This document shows, in pieces, positions 1-10,921 of a DNA stretch of 57,495 bases. Origin of the DNA: Bacteroidota bacterium (GTDB lineage Bacteria > Bacteroidota > Bacteroidia > Chitinophagales > S012-47); the NCBI GenBank assembly GCA_024276745.1, contig JAJRWN010000120.1, forward strand, positions 1-57,495, read 5' to 3'. Numbering within the stretch: position 1 is the stretch's first letter; the number at the start of each line of letters is the position of its first letter. The notes under the pieces are model-generated. The model was not told the DNA's origin. It saw only the letters and a program-made list of their open reading frames with translations, and did no database searches. Position numbers and translations under genes: made by a program.

Positions 1-673
1 CAAATTTCTGATTTGGATTATGATACACACTAAAATAATCGTTTGATAATGCCAGGGCAAGATGTGCAAAAAAAGCAATTAGAAAACTACCACTTTGCCA
101 GCAAAGCAAACATAAAATAATACCAAAGGGTATGGCGCCAACAGCTTCTTTTATTCCTTTTGGTAAATGTACCAGCGCATAAACAATAACATTGACTATA
201 ATGGCAGGCCACAGACTTATCCAATCGGCAAAGATAAAAAGGAGCAATGAACGGAAAACCAGTTCGTAGGCTAACAAATATATTATCCAAATAAAAGCAT
301 TGACAACTATAAGAGACGGAGTCCAATTGTTTAGCCTGATTTGAGGATACATTTTCCAATTATCAGCTTTCTGTGTGGCAAAATAATTCAGCAAGATTAA
401 GGCAGCACTCAAAGCCATTGACCACCAAAGCTCAAACGAAGTAAATCTAAAATGCAGACCGGGTATTTTTGCACCTTTGCCGAGCAGAAAGAAAATCAGC
501 AAAGGAAAAGCTGTAATCAATACGATACCTTCCATTTTTTGAAGAAAAACCATTCGGATGGGCTTGTCTTTTTTAATGCGGTGCATTAATCTAAAATAGA
601 GTAAGTATCCAGTGAGTAAAGCGGCCAGTAGCGATAAAGGAAGTACACTGTTTTGGAGTGAAAGATTATCCAT
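1..673 (-). CDS. CPBP-family (CAAX-type) intramembrane glutamic endopeptidase, C-terminally truncated by the window edge
   Basis: Hand translation of the minus strand from ATG at 673 is open to position 1 (224 codons). It is absent from the ORF track because it has no stop in the window. The product is a multi-TM protein with YELVFRS (E..xR), VYALVHLP and FFAHLALA motifs resembling CPBP motifs 1-3. It lies 14 nt downstream of the ClC gene on the same strand. Confidence 0.6.
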   Translation of the reverse strand, partial: MDNLSLQNSVLPLSLLAALLTGYLLYFRLMHRIKKDKPIRMVFLQKMEGIVLITAFPLLIFFLLGKGAKIPGLHFRFTSFELWWSMALSAALILLNYFATQKADNWKMYPQIRLNNWTPSLIVVNAFIWIIYLLAYELVFRSLLLFIFADWISLWPAIIVNVIVYALVHLPKGIKEAVGAIPFGIILCLLCWQSGSFLIAFFAHLALALSNDYFSVYHNPNQKF

Positions 674-687
674 GGTATTCTGTTTAC

Positions 688-2961
688 TTATAATTCGGCA
701 GCATGGATTAATGCGTGCCGGTATGAAGAAAAGATGCGGGATTTTGAAATCATTCCAACATATTTACCACTTTTCTTCACAACAGGCAGATTCCATGCAC
801 CGGTTTTTTCGAATTTAGCAAATACTTTATTCATTGATTCTTTTTCAAAAATAATAGCGGGTACCTTTTTCATCAAAGACCCGACTTTCATGGTATCATA
901 TTGGTCTTTATCGAACATTATTTTCCTTACATCGCTGAGCATAATAATACCGGCAAGTTTTGAATCTTGATCCAAAACGGGGAAAAGATTTCGTTTGGAT
1001 TGAACAATTAATTGCACCAAATCGCCAAGTGTTGCATCTACCCGGACAGGTAGTAAATCTTTTTCAACCAGTTTGTTGAGTGAAAGCTGCTGAACCAGGC
1101 TTTCTTCACCGGGAACGGTTTCCTGATGTGTTTCGCCAAATTTAATTTCAGATAATTTTCGATTATACATTAAGGTGATGTCGGCACTGGTAATAAGTCC
1201 TAAAACCTGAGGTTTTTCACCTTCTGAAACTACCAAAATCTCATTGGTAAAATTATCGCGCATCAGGGCGTAAGCTTTTTGCAACATATCTTCGCTTGTA
1301 ACAGTTGCAATTTTAGTGTGCATCAGTTTGGTCACCGAATCCAAATGAGCGGCAGGCTCCTGCAATAAATGAGTGACATCTTCAATGTTAAAAGCACCGA
1401 TTAGATTGTTTTTCTTATCGATAACCGGAAAAATTCTTTGCCGGCTTTCGTCAACAATTTTGTATATATCTTCAATAGAACAATCTTCCGGAACACAAGT
1501 AAAATTCCGGGTACGTTTGAAGGCATCTACCACCCGGGTGGTATTTAAAATATCAGGTGCCATTTTCCCGAAATGAGCTTGAGAATAATTATGATTAGGT
1601 ACCTGACTTTGATAAATACTCCATTTTTTAGCTACCAGAAATGAAATGGAACATACCCACATGGTAGGCATAAGTAATTCATAATTTCCGGTTAATTCAC
1701 TGACCATAATGATGGTGGATAAAGGAGTATTGGCCGCAGCAGCAAAAAAACCGGCCATACCTACAATAGTAAAAGCGGCAGGATGCTGTATCAAATCCGG
1801 TGCTATCATTTGAAATATATATCCCATAGCTGTACCAAGCGCACCTCCGATTACCATTGACGGCCCGAAAACACCGGCACTCCCTCCTGAGCTGATTGAG
1901 AACGAAGTAGTTAAAATTTTGGCGGCACCAATCACCAATAACACAGTAATGCTTACGTGGGTAAGTCCATTTGATAAAACTTCCTGAATAATACCATAAC
2001 CACCACTCATCACATCAACCACATAGCTTCTGTCGTTGAATGCAGTAATAAGGACAAAAGCAGTAATACCGGTAAGTAAACCACCAATGGCAGGTTTAAA
2101 CATATTGGGTATTTTCAACCCTTTGAAGAGCTTATTAATCCCATAAAAAATTTTCACATAGAATAAAGCTGCCAGGGCAAGCACCACCGCCATTAAAAGA
2201 TAAGGTATCAGTTCAAGCGGATTGGAAAATCCAAGAGTATCGGGAGCAATAAACATATGTCCCCAACCAAAAGCAAGACTAAATACCGAATAGGCAATAA
2301 TGGAAGCAACCGTAGCCGGAAGCAAAACTTCAGACTCAACTTCAGGGTCGCTATACAACACTTCAGCGGCAAACAAAGCACCTGCAAGGGGGGCCCGGAA
2401 AATACTGCCAATACCCGCTCCCATACCGGCTGCCAATAACCACCTTCTGGTACGGGTATTAAGTCCCATCCGGGTTGCTAAAAAACTACCAAAACCAGAG
2501 CCTATTTGTGCAATGGGACCTTCTCTTCCGCCCGATCCACCGGTACCAATCGTGATGATAGAGGCAAATAATTTAATAATAGGTACTTTGGGATTAATAA
2601 TTCCTCTCTGCCGGTGATAGGCATTGATAACGGCATCAGTACCATGACCTTCGGCTTCGGGTGCAAATGTATATACAAGCCAACCGGACAATAGTCCACC
2701 GGAAGCAGGTATAATCAATACTAAAACAGGGAAATAAGGACCTTTTACAAATGATACCAAGGCCGATTCTCCACCTGCCGAACCGGGCGAAAGTCCCATC
2801 CAGTGAACTACCGTAAGTTCCTGAAGCAATGAAAGCCCCGATTGAAATAAAATGGCACCCAAACCACTGACTACACCGACCACCGAACCGAGAATTAACC
2901 ATCGGCCTGCCAGTCGGAAATCAAATTGCCGGTTGATGGCGTTAATGGAGAAATTAGGCAT
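688..2961 (-). CDS. ClC-family voltage-gated chloride channel / H+-Cl- exchanger with C-terminal CBS domains
   Basis: 757 aa. It has GSGGREGP (selectivity filter with gating Glu), GGSAGVFGPS and about 10 TM helices, followed by about 300 aa of CBS-pair-like sequence. Confidence 0.9.
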   Translation of the reverse strand: MPNFSINAINRQFDFRLAGRWLILGSVVGVVSGLGAILFQSGLSLLQELTVVHWMGLSPGSAGGESALVSFVKGPYFPVLVLIIPASGGLLSGWLVYTFAPEAEGHGTDAVINAYHRQRGIINPKVPIIKLFASIITIGTGGSGGREGPIAQIGSGFGSFLATRMGLNTRTRRWLLAAGMGAGIGSIFRAPLAGALFAAEVLYSDPEVESEVLLPATVASIIAYSVFSLAFGWGHMFIAPDTLGFSNPLELIPYLLMAVVLALAALFYVKIFYGINKLFKGLKIPNMFKPAIGGLLTGITAFVLITAFNDRSYVVDVMSGGYGIIQEVLSNGLTHVSITVLLVIGAAKILTTSFSISSGGSAGVFGPSMVIGGALGTAMGYIFQMIAPDLIQHPAAFTIVGMAGFFAAAANTPLSTIIMVSELTGNYELLMPTMWVCSISFLVAKKWSIYQSQVPNHNYSQAHFGKMAPDILNTTRVVDAFKRTRNFTCVPEDCSIEDIYKIVDESRQRIFPVIDKKNNLIGAFNIEDVTHLLQEPAAHLDSVTKLMHTKIATVTSEDMLQKAYALMRDNFTNEILVVSEGEKPQVLGLITSADITLMYNRKLSEIKFGETHQETVPGEESLVQQLSLNKLVEKDLLPVRVDATLGDLVQLIVQSKRNLFPVLDQDSKLAGIIMLSDVRKIMFDKDQYDTMKVGSLMKKVPAIIFEKESMNKVFAKFEKTGAWNLPVVKKSGKYVGMISKSRIFSSYRHALIHAAEL

Positions 2962-2994
2962 ATTTATACTAGAAAATAATTTTCAAAAACCTGG

Positions 2995-3002
2995 CAAAGA
3001 TA
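2995..3002 (-). promoter_or_regulatory. Bacteroidota-type -7 promoter box (TATCTTTG) for the ClC gene
   Basis: The reverse complement of caaagata matches TAnnTTTG, 34 nt upstream of the start at 2961. Confidence 0.45.
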
Positions 3003-3047
3003 GCGCAATTATTTCACGCAAACCGTATAGTCTGTTGAATAAAAATC

Positions 3048-4706
3048 TTAATATTTTCTTAATGCTGCATAAGCACTCTGAAACCATTTATCATCAAGCG
3101 TGAAACTAAGTTGCAGACCTGAGAAACATGTGTTTTGATACTTTGTACCAGGATAGACGGAGGTGATGGTGAAGCGGTATTTACCCGCTTCCAGATGCTC
3201 GTCAAGCGATGTGCTGATATGTAAATCTGAAAAAACCAATAATTTTCTAAAATTACTGCCAACCCGGGTAAGCACAAATTTCTTTACCCGGCTGTTTTCA
3301 TTATATTTATCATCACTCTCCATGTTTCCTGTCCAAAATTTTATTTTATCAACCGGCTGAGTGATCTCTATTTCCAGATATTGGTTGATACCCTGTCCTC
3401 TAACCCCTTCACACCAAGATGTTTTCTTATTGAAGTGCGCTTCTTTCCGATTGGATAAATATCCGATGGAATCCGGTGCTATATCAAATGCCCAGACAGG
3501 ATGATGATAATCGTTGATTAATACCGAAGAAGTACCGTTCTTGCAAGTTGTTTTTAATCCGGCAGCATTACCGTGCAATCCCGACCATTGATTGATTACC
3601 GTATCGCTAAGAAATCCAAGACCTGTATGGCCTGCACCTTCTTCAAAAGCCGGCACCCATTTACCTATAGTTACAAATGGAATAGGAGAGAGGCAGGTAT
3701 TGGGAATTTCTTTTTCTGTCTTAAGCCAGGAAGAAGCCGAAATTGATTTTAATGCACTTGGCCAGTAAATACTTGAACTGTAATTTTGGGTATTGCAGTC
3801 GTCACATTTATTCCCTTCAATATGATAGAAGCCTATGGTTTCAAATTGTTCAGGTTTATGGTCTTTCAAAATGGCTACTTTCTGATCAAAACCCAAGTCC
3901 TGTAAAGTATATTCAATATAGTAGGGAAAAGTAAGGCTGGCTCCCAAAGCAGGATATACGAAATATACCCGGTCGATATTATCAACCCATTTCTGACCTG
4001 AACCCATAAAAAATGATTCAAAATATTTGTCGTTACCTAATCCTGAATCAAAGGCAGGTAATTGATAGCTCATAATAAGTTGTCCGCTGCCCTGAGGTTG
4101 TAATTGTAAATCAAATTGTAAGTTTAAGCTCATTTCCAATACCGCATCTTCATCTCCTTCCTGATTGTTTAACAAACGGAATTCGGCTATAGCCTTTTGA
4201 ATATTAATTACTTTATCATTTAATTTTAAATTAATAGCAATATTAAATTTATCCAAATCTTCTACATTTAAATAGCGCCTGATAAATACGCGATGTCCAA
4301 ACTGCTCTTTGATATGTTGTAAAATAGCCTGACCGGAACCATTTTTTAAAAATAAATCAGGCATAATATCAGCCAAATAATCATAGATACGCGAACGGCC
4401 CTGACGATCGAAATTTGTGAAATATATTTTAATGGGCATGTAACAAGGAACATACTCGTAGTTGTCGCCTTTGTTCTTAAACGAATATAAAGTCTTGAAC
4501 CTCGCTGTAGGTACCGGAAAATGATCTGAAGTATAGTTAATTTGAAATTCAAGCATATCGATAATTACTGCATTCAAAGCAACATTTTGGTTTTCTTTTA
4601 TCGGATAAATTAATCCTGACTGACCGGTAGCACCTACAATAAACCCCTGTGCACTTATATCACTTAAATAAAAAATTAAAACGAGGAGGAATGAAATTCG
4701 TTTCAT
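3048..4706 (-). CDS. Secreted hypothetical protein: unknown N-terminal domain plus a C-terminal discoidin/NADase-type glycan-binding-like domain
   Basis: 552 aa with a signal peptide (MKRISFLLVLIFYLSDISAQ). The C-terminal part carries SISASSWL ... TSWCEGVRGQGINQYLEIEI ... NENSRVKKFVL, which resembles the ASS / W-EG-G-G / NxRVK pattern of galactose-binding-like domains. No motif was recognised in the first ~320 aa. Confidence 0.45.
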   Translation of the reverse strand: MKRISFLLVLIFYLSDISAQGFIVGATGQSGLIYPIKENQNVALNAVIIDMLEFQINYTSDHFPVPTARFKTLYSFKNKGDNYEYVPCYMPIKIYFTNFDRQGRSRIYDYLADIMPDLFLKNGSGQAILQHIKEQFGHRVFIRRYLNVEDLDKFNIAINLKLNDKVINIQKAIAEFRLLNNQEGDEDAVLEMSLNLQFDLQLQPQGSGQLIMSYQLPAFDSGLGNDKYFESFFMGSGQKWVDNIDRVYFVYPALGASLTFPYYIEYTLQDLGFDQKVAILKDHKPEQFETIGFYHIEGNKCDDCNTQNYSSSIYWPSALKSISASSWLKTEKEIPNTCLSPIPFVTIGKWVPAFEEGAGHTGLGFLSDTVINQWSGLHGNAAGLKTTCKNGTSSVLINDYHHPVWAFDIAPDSIGYLSNRKEAHFNKKTSWCEGVRGQGINQYLEIEITQPVDKIKFWTGNMESDDKYNENSRVKKFVLTRVGSNFRKLLVFSDLHISTSLDEHLEAGKYRFTITSVYPGTKYQNTCFSGLQLSFTLDDKWFQSAYAALRKY

Positions 4707-4880
4707 AAATTAATGGTGTTTTTATTAAAAGCCGAAATTAAGTGAAATATTGCATTTTGCCTGATTTTTAGTAAGCGGCTTATTTTTCTCCTTTTGTTAC
4801 ATAATTAATATTATGTTAAGTTAAATTTTTGAACTACCAACCTATTGCCAAAAAATTGCACTAAAATAGGCTATATAAAT

Positions 4881-4907
4881 AAGAGACCCTCAGCAGAAAG
4901 TCTCTTT
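4881..4907 (-). terminator. Candidate intrinsic terminator after the TPR gene
   Basis: A 7-bp stem aagagac/gtctctt with a 13-nt loop lies 25 nt past the stop at 4932. On the minus strand it is followed by an AT-rich tail. Confidence 0.4.
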
Positions 4908-4931
4908 CTTCCGGTAAAAAATGATTTTTGT

Positions 4932-6140
4932 CTATTGTCCGTTTGCACCATCCAGAATGGCTTGCATCTCTTTGGCTTTGTCATACAATTTCAACCAAAC
5001 ATAGATTTCTTTAAGTGCTGTAACGGTATCAAAATCATCGGATTTGGTTTGGAATGATTTTTCAAGAAAAGGTAATGATTCTTCCAGTTTTTCATTTCTT
5101 TTAGTCATCAAATCCTGATAACCTTTCTGGTCATTCAATGGCAAATTATTCATCACCTTAGCAATTTCAATGGCTTCATTAAAATACAAAACGCCTAAAT
5201 TATATCCTGCTTTATAATGGTCAGGATTTGCTTTAAGGGCCGCTTTATAGGCAGCAACCATTTTATCGCGATACATTTTTATTAAAGAATCATCTTTACT
5301 TTCTATGGCTTTATCATGCATCACATCGTAGATTGTTCCGAGTGCAAATTGAATATCGGCATTATCTGGCTCTTCCCGGGCAGCCAATTCAAATTTGTCC
5401 AGTGCTTCCTGTTGTCTTCCTGCCGTTAGATATGCATTCAGTTCGGCTATTCTTAATTTATCGTTATTAGGAAATTCAGTTCTGCCCGTTTGTATTATTT
5501 TCAAAGCTTTGTCGATACTGTCTTGAAGATACATTTCGGAATATAACTCGTAAAAGAGTGGTAACCTGTATTTTAGGTTCAGCAATTTGTTATATAGTGT
5601 AGCTGCTATATCATCTTTTCCTGCTCTATCGGCTGAATAAGCTTCCAAAAAATAAACCGTAGTATCCATTACGGCAGCTTCTTCCTGCAATAAATACAGG
5701 TTTGTCTCATGGGCTATTTTGTAGTTTTCATAAGCTTTATCAAAGTTTTTAGCATTTCTGCTATCATCGCCTTTCAGGTAATATACCCGATAGATAAAAT
5801 CGATGCCATTGATCAGGCTAAGCTGTTTGTATTTATTTTTTGTATCAAACTTTATAGCATTAAGAAATGATTCATGAGATTTCTCTAAAGAATTAGTATC
5901 CAGGTCTTTATACTGAGCAGTATCCAGATAAATCTTTTTGTAAATAAGTCCTCTGTAGTACCATGCTTTGGGGTCGGTTGCTGTTTTTTTATGTACTACC
6001 GCCAAATCTATTGCTTCTTTTGCTTTCGATAAATCGCCATCCTGCATGGCAAAGCTTGCGGTGGTTACTTTGCTGGGTTGAGCCTGAAAAACAGTACTGA
6101 AAGCAAATATCATTAAAGCAAATAAATAAATACGTTTCAT
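4932..6140 (-). CDS. Secreted tetratricopeptide-repeat (TPR) protein
   Basis: 402 aa with a signal peptide (MKRIYLFALMIFAFSTVFQAQ). Repeated A/Y/L-rich 34-aa helical units are present (e.g. AWYYRGLIYKK, AYENYKIAHE, ALGTIYD, AGYNLGVLYF). Confidence 0.75.
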   Translation of the reverse strand: MKRIYLFALMIFAFSTVFQAQPSKVTTASFAMQDGDLSKAKEAIDLAVVHKKTATDPKAWYYRGLIYKKIYLDTAQYKDLDTNSLEKSHESFLNAIKFDTKNKYKQLSLINGIDFIYRVYYLKGDDSRNAKNFDKAYENYKIAHETNLYLLQEEAAVMDTTVYFLEAYSADRAGKDDIAATLYNKLLNLKYRLPLFYELYSEMYLQDSIDKALKIIQTGRTEFPNNDKLRIAELNAYLTAGRQQEALDKFELAAREEPDNADIQFALGTIYDVMHDKAIESKDDSLIKMYRDKMVAAYKAALKANPDHYKAGYNLGVLYFNEAIEIAKVMNNLPLNDQKGYQDLMTKRNEKLEESLPFLEKSFQTKSDDFDTVTALKEIYVWLKLYDKAKEMQAILDGANGQ

Positions 6141-6165
6141 TCAATCAAGTTTTAAGTTTATCAAT

Positions 6166-8664
6166 TTATTCGTCTGTATTTGATGAGGTTTCTTCTTCAT
6201 TTTCGTTTTCTTGTGTGGATTCAATACGAGCTACATCGGCAATTTCGTCATGATCAATTTTAATAAGTCTTACTCCCTGGGTAGCTCTCCCCATAATTCT
6301 TATTTTATCAAGATTCATTCGTATAGCTACTCCGTTTTTTGTAATAATCATCAGTTGGTCATCATCACCAACTGCTTTAATAGCTATCAGTCGTCCGGTT
6401 TTCTCTGTAATCTGGATTGTTTTAACGCCTTTGCCTCCCCTATTTGTAAATCTATAATCGTCAATTCGAGATCTTTTTCCATATCCTTTTTCTGAGACAA
6501 CCAGGATTGACTGATCTTCCAGCTCCGGATTCGCACAAACCATACCAATCACCTCATCTTTATCATTAGCCAGGGTAATCCCTTTAACACCAGCAGCAGA
6601 TCTGCCCATAGAGCGAACTTTAGCTTCAGGGAAATGAATGGCGCGGCCCGATTTCACAGCAAGCAGGATATGACTGTTTCCGTCAGTTTCTTTCACTTCA
6701 AGTAATTCGTCACCTTCCCGGATAGTTAATGCATTGATGCCGTTTTGTCTTGGCCGGCTGAAAGCTTCCAATAAGGTCTTTTTAATAACACCTTTTTTCG
6801 AGCTGAATACTACATAATGACTATTGATATATGCTTCATCTTTTAAGTCTTCAACTTTCAGGTAGGCTTTAATTTTGTCGTTTCCCGGTATATTAATTAA
6901 GTTTTGAACAGCACGGCCTTTAGAGGTTTTAGCTCCTTCGGGCACTTCATATACACGCAACCAGTAACAACGTCCGGCAGTTGTGAAAAATAACAACCAA
7001 TCGTGGGTAGAGGCAATAAATAACTGCTCAATAAAATCTTCCTGCCGGGTAGTGCTTCCGCGGGAGCCTCTTCCTCCGCGATGCTGCATTCTGTAATCGC
7101 TGGCCAAGGTGCGTTTCACATATCCCAGATGAGAAATGGTGATAACAACTTCTTCATTAGGAATCATATCTTCAATGCTGAATTCGCCTCCTGCAAAATC
7201 AATATCGGTGCGTCTCTCGTCTGCAAATTCATTCTTTAGTTCAATAAGCTCGTCCTTGATGATACCCATTCGCATGCTTTCATCACTCAACACTTTATGA
7301 CACCAATCAATTTTTGCCTGAATTTCCTCATATTCTTTCTTAATCTTATCCCTTTCCAGACCGGTGAGTCGCTGCAGGCGCATCTCAAGTATTGCTTTCG
7401 CCTGAATGTCAGATAAACTAAATTGTTTCTTCAGACTTTCTTGTGCAATATCAGGTGTGGCAGAAGCCCTTATCACTTTAATGATTTCATCAAGATGATC
7501 GAGTGCAATCAAATAACCTTCGAGTATATGAGCACGATCTTCTGCTTTTTTGAGTTCAAATTTGGTACGTCTGGTAACCACCTCGTGTCTGAAATCTACG
7601 AAATGCCTGATCATGTCTTTCAAATTCAGCAATTCAGGGCGACCATGTACCAAGGCAATGTTATTCACACCAAAGGATGCCTGCAATGGTGTGTATTTAA
7701 AGAGTTTATTCAGTACCACGTTAGGCATGGCATCGCGCTTCAGGTCAAATACAATGCGCATTCCGTTTCGGTCACTTTCATCGCGGATATCTGAAATTCC
7801 TTCTATTTTTTTATCATTGACCAATTCGGCCGCTTTGATAATCAGATTTGCCTTATTGACCTGATAAGGAATTTCATTTACAATTATTTTATCGTGGTGG
7901 CCATTTTCGCCCGGTTCAAATTCAGTTTTTGCTCTTACCACTACCCTGCCCCTGCCGGTTTCAAATCCTTGCTTCACTCCTTCGTAGCCGTAAATTGTAC
8001 CTCCGGTTGGAAAGTCAGGTGCTTTTATAAATTTGATTAGTTCATCAATGCTGATGTCATTATTGTCAATATATGCAACTGTTCCGTCAATCACTTCTCC
8101 TAAATTGTGTGGCAACATATTCGTGGCCATTCCTACGGCAATTCCTGAAGCTCCATTGCAAAGTAAATTGGGTAATCTTGTTGGCAATACACTTGGTTCT
8201 TTAAGGGTATCGTCAAAATTCGGATTAAAATCAACGGTATCTTTTTCAATATCCTTAAGCAATTGCTCGGCTATTTTTTGCAAACGGGCTTCTGTGTACC
8301 GCATAGCTGCCGGGCTGTCGCCATCTACCGATCCAAAGTTACCTTGTCCGTCAACCAAAGGGTTTCTTAATGACCAGGGTTGAGCCATTCTTACCATAGT
8401 ATCATACACGGATGAATCTCCGTGTGGATGATATTTTCCCAATACCTCCCCTACTATTCTGGCCGATTTTTTATGGGGTTTATTATAAGTTAATCCCAGG
8501 CCTGACATTCCGAACAATACCCTTCTGTGCACCGGTTTTAATCCATCTCTTACATCCGGTATAGCTCTTGAAACGATTACTGACATCGAATAATCGATGT
8601 AGGCTGTTTTCATTTCATCTTCAATATTGATGGATATTATTCTTTCTCTTTCGTTTTCTGACAT
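6166..8664 (-). CDS. gyrA: DNA gyrase subunit A
   Basis: 832 aa with [27 protein letters not shown] (QRDR), [10 protein letters not shown] (catalytic Tyr), C-terminal beta-pinwheel repeats and an acidic tail. Confidence 0.97.
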   Translation of the reverse strand: MSENERERIISINIEDEMKTAYIDYSMSVIVSRAIPDVRDGLKPVHRRVLFGMSGLGLTYNKPHKKSARIVGEVLGKYHPHGDSSVYDTMVRMAQPWSLRNPLVDGQGNFGSVDGDSPAAMRYTEARLQKIAEQLLKDIEKDTVDFNPNFDDTLKEPSVLPTRLPNLLCNGASGIAVGMATNMLPHNLGEVIDGTVAYIDNNDISIDELIKFIKAPDFPTGGTIYGYEGVKQGFETGRGRVVVRAKTEFEPGENGHHDKIIVNEIPYQVNKANLIIKAAELVNDKKIEGISDIRDESDRNGMRIVFDLKRDAMPNVVLNKLFKYTPLQASFGVNNIALVHGRPELLNLKDMIRHFVDFRHEVVTRRTKFELKKAEDRAHILEGYLIALDHLDEIIKVIRASATPDIAQESLKKQFSLSDIQAKAILEMRLQRLTGLERDKIKKEYEEIQAKIDWCHKVLSDESMRMGIIKDELIELKNEFADERRTDIDFAGGEFSIEDMIPNEEVVITISHLGYVKRTLASDYRMQHRGGRGSRGSTTRQEDFIEQLFIASTHDWLLFFTTAGRCYWLRVYEVPEGAKTSKGRAVQNLINIPGNDKIKAYLKVEDLKDEAYINSHYVVFSSKKGVIKKTLLEAFSRPRQNGINALTIREGDELLEVKETDGNSHILLAVKSGRAIHFPEAKVRSMGRSAAGVKGITLANDKDEVIGMVCANPELEDQSILVVSEKGYGKRSRIDDYRFTNRGGKGVKTIQITEKTGRLIAIKAVGDDDQLMIITKNGVAIRMNLDKIRIMGRATQGVRLIKIDHDEIADVARIESTQENENEEETSSNTDE

Positions 8665-8722
8665 TTATTTGTGTTTAATATGCATTTTTCTATTTGTGCA
8701 AACAGCTATTTTTAAAACCTCG

Positions 8723-8730
8723 CAAAGATA
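8723..8730 (-). promoter_or_regulatory. Bacteroidota-type -7 promoter box (TATCTTTG) for gyrA
   Basis: The reverse complement of caaagata matches TAnnTTTG, about 59 nt upstream of the gyrA start. Confidence 0.4.
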
Positions 8731-9007
8731 GCCAAATTGACTAAGACTATCATTCAAAACGGGCAATAATTAGCTGTGGATAAACACCGTTTTCAGCTCA
8801 GATAAAAATTCATTTTCGTTTTGTATACTAAACTATACGGTAGATAGCGTTACTGATATGCCTAATGTGGTTAAATCAAGCACCCGGGTATTCAGATTAA
8901 TCACTATTTTCAAGCACATTTTTTAACCGGTATTACAATTGCTTGTTTATAAGCTCAAATACCATTTTATTCTTTTAAATCGTTGATAAAAATCAAACAC
9001 AAAAACT

Positions 9008-9685
9008 ATGTTTCAGTTTGTATTACTTCAGGTTGATTCTACTCAAATGGCCGATGGACCTGCATTTACTTCATTATTTGAATTATTGCTAAAGGGCGGT
9101 GTTATCATGATTCCGCTGGCAATTTTATTGATCATTGCTTTTTATATCTTTTTCGAAAGGTATTTTACCATAAAGAAAGCGGCAAAGGTTGATCCTAATT
9201 TTGTCAATAATATTCGTGATAATGTATTGAATGGAAATATTGATGCTGCACAAATTTTATGTAAAAACAGTGATACGCCCATCGCACGTATGATTGAAAA
9301 GGGATTGATGCGTATCGGTCGTCCTTTAAAAAACATAGAAGTAGCTGTGGAAAACGTAGGAAAGCTTCAGATTTATAAATTAGAAAAAGGACTTGCAGGG
9401 CTTGCAACCATTGCCGGTGCGGCACCTATGCTTGGTTTTCTGGGTACGGTAATGGGTATGATTGGAGCTTTCTATAATCTGGCTCAATCCGGTGGAGAAG
9501 GTGGAGCCGATTTACTAGCTAATGATATTTACCAGGCTTTGGTTACTACCGCTACCGGACTGGTTATCGGTATTATTGCTTACATTGGTTACAACACTTT
9601 GGTTTCTATGGTGGAAAAAGTAATTTACCGGATGGAAATGACTTCAGTCGAATTTATTGATTTACTACAAGAACCGGCATCATGA
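9008..9685 (+). CDS. exbB: MotA/TolQ/ExbB proton-channel family protein
   Basis: 225 aa with 3 TM helices and LATIAGAAPMLGFLGTVMGMI ... ALVTTATGL, typical of ExbB/TolQ. Confidence 0.9.
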   Translation: MFQFVLLQVDSTQMADGPAFTSLFELLLKGGVIMIPLAILLIIAFYIFFERYFTIKKAAKVDPNFVNNIRDNVLNGNIDAAQILCKNSDTPIARMIEKGLMRIGRPLKNIEVAVENVGKLQIYKLEKGLAGLATIAGAAPMLGFLGTVMGMIGAFYNLAQSGGEGGADLLANDIYQALVTTATGLVIGIIAYIGYNTLVSMVEKVIYRMEMTSVEFIDLLQEPAS

Positions 9686-10077
9686 GCATGAAAATGCGTA
9701 ATAAAGTAGACCCAAATTTTAATATGTCGTCTTTAGCCGACATTATATTTTTGTTATTGATATTCTTTTTAATCACATCAAGAATGGTAACACCAAGTGC
9801 AGTACCTATAAAAAGGCCAAAAACGAGTATGAAAACTTCTGTTACACCGGTAGCACACATTACCGTGACCGATCAATTAAGGTATTATGTCGATAATCAA
9901 GCAGTTACCTTTGGAACGCTTGAAGGAGTATTGCGTAATAAAATTGCAGGTGAAGATGATCCGGTTGTTATTCTTGATATGGATAAATCTTTATCAATAG
10001 AACGTTTGGTTGAATTATACGATTTGGCCAATGATTTGCAGGTACAACTAGTATTATCGGCCGATCCAAAAAAATAG
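9682..10077 (+). CDS. exbD: ExbD/TolR biopolymer transport protein
   Basis: 131 aa with the N-terminal motif NMSSLADIIFLLLIFFL and a single TM helix. Its start overlaps the exbB stop by 4 nt. Confidence 0.85.
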   Translation: MSMKMRNKVDPNFNMSSLADIIFLLLIFFLITSRMVTPSAVPIKRPKTSMKTSVTPVAHITVTDQLRYYVDNQAVTFGTLEGVLRNKIAGEDDPVVILDMDKSLSIERLVELYDLANDLQVQLVLSADPKK

Positions 10078-10090
10078 TAGGAGGTTTATT

Positions 10091-10915
10091 ATGGCAACTG
10101 ATTATTTATTAAAACCGGAAGTAGAAGAAGCTAACAAACGGAAAAGCAGAATTATTACTGCCCTGCTTACTCTTTTAATTATTATCGGAGCTATATTTAT
10201 TGGCCTGTATGGTCCTTATCCTCCACCGCCTGAAGAAGGCATTTTTGTCAATTTCGGTACTACCGATTATGGTTCGGGCACTGTTGAACCTCAAAAACAG
10301 GAAGTTATTGAAGAACAACAGGCTCAACCTGAGGCCAGTAGTGTTGAGCAGGTAGAAAATATTGAGTCGAGCAATGATGTAAATGCTACGGAAGTAAATA
10401 CCCAGCAAGAACAAAACAAGCCTACCGAAACGAATGAAACCACAAAACCGGTAGAGCAAAGCAAACCGGAGCCTGTTCCCGATCCGGAACCGGTTGTTGA
10501 CCAGAATAAACTTTTTACGGGTAATTCAAATAATAGCAATTCGAATAGCCAGGGTAACGATCCTGCTGATAGGTTGGGCAATAAAGGCCAGCAAGACGGT
10601 AGCAACGGACCTAATTATCAAGGGAATAATACCGGTTTGGGTAATCAAGGTTCAGGATTTGATATTGAAGGAAGAGGCTTGGTTTATAAACCAACCAATT
10701 ATTATTCGGGAGCAGAACAAGGCATTGTACGATTGAAAATAATTGTTGATGCAAATGGTAAAGTGATTAGTGCTGAATATTTTGCTAAAAACAGTACGAT
10801 TACCGACCATTCGCTGATAGCATTGGCTAAAAAAACAGCCATGAAATTAAAATATTCCCCGGATAGCAAAAGCCCGAGACAGTCGGCCCTTATTTCCGTT
10901 AAATTCGGGATGTAA
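10091..10915 (+). CDS. TonB-like energy transducer
   Basis: 274 aa with an N-terminal TM anchor, a P/E/Q/N-rich low-complexity linker and a C-terminal TonB-type domain (GIVRLKIIVDANGKVISAEY...). It follows exbBD directly. Confidence 0.7.
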   Translation: MATDYLLKPEVEEANKRKSRIITALLTLLIIIGAIFIGLYGPYPPPPEEGIFVNFGTTDYGSGTVEPQKQEVIEEQQAQPEASSVEQVENIESSNDVNATEVNTQQEQNKPTETNETTKPVEQSKPEPVPDPEPVVDQNKLFTGNSNNSNSNSQGNDPADRLGNKGQQDGSNGPNYQGNNTGLGNQGSGFDIEGRGLVYKPTNYYSGAEQGIVRLKIIVDANGKVISAEYFAKNSTITDHSLIALAKKTAMKLKYSPDSKSPRQSALISVKFGM

Positions 10916-10921
10916 GCATTA

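Noticed and set aside
87-359. 90-aa minus-strand ORF at the left edge
   Set aside because: It is out of frame inside the longer edge-truncated CPBP protease ORF (1..673), which has real membrane-protease motifs.
7423-8383. 104-123-aa plus-strand ORFs inside gyrA
   Set aside because: They are antisense shadows of a highly conserved gene and have low-complexity, Cys/Phe-rich products.
8400-8460. gyrA QRDR inspected for quinolone-resistance substitutions
   Set aside because: The sequence reads [10 protein letters not shown], with Ser and Asp at the positions equivalent to E. coli S83 and D87, which is the susceptible-type pattern.
10518-10560. Short AAT/AGC-rich repetitive DNA (NSNNSNSNSQGN)
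   Set aside because: It is the low-complexity linker of the TonB-like protein. It is not a tandem-repeat locus or CRISPR.
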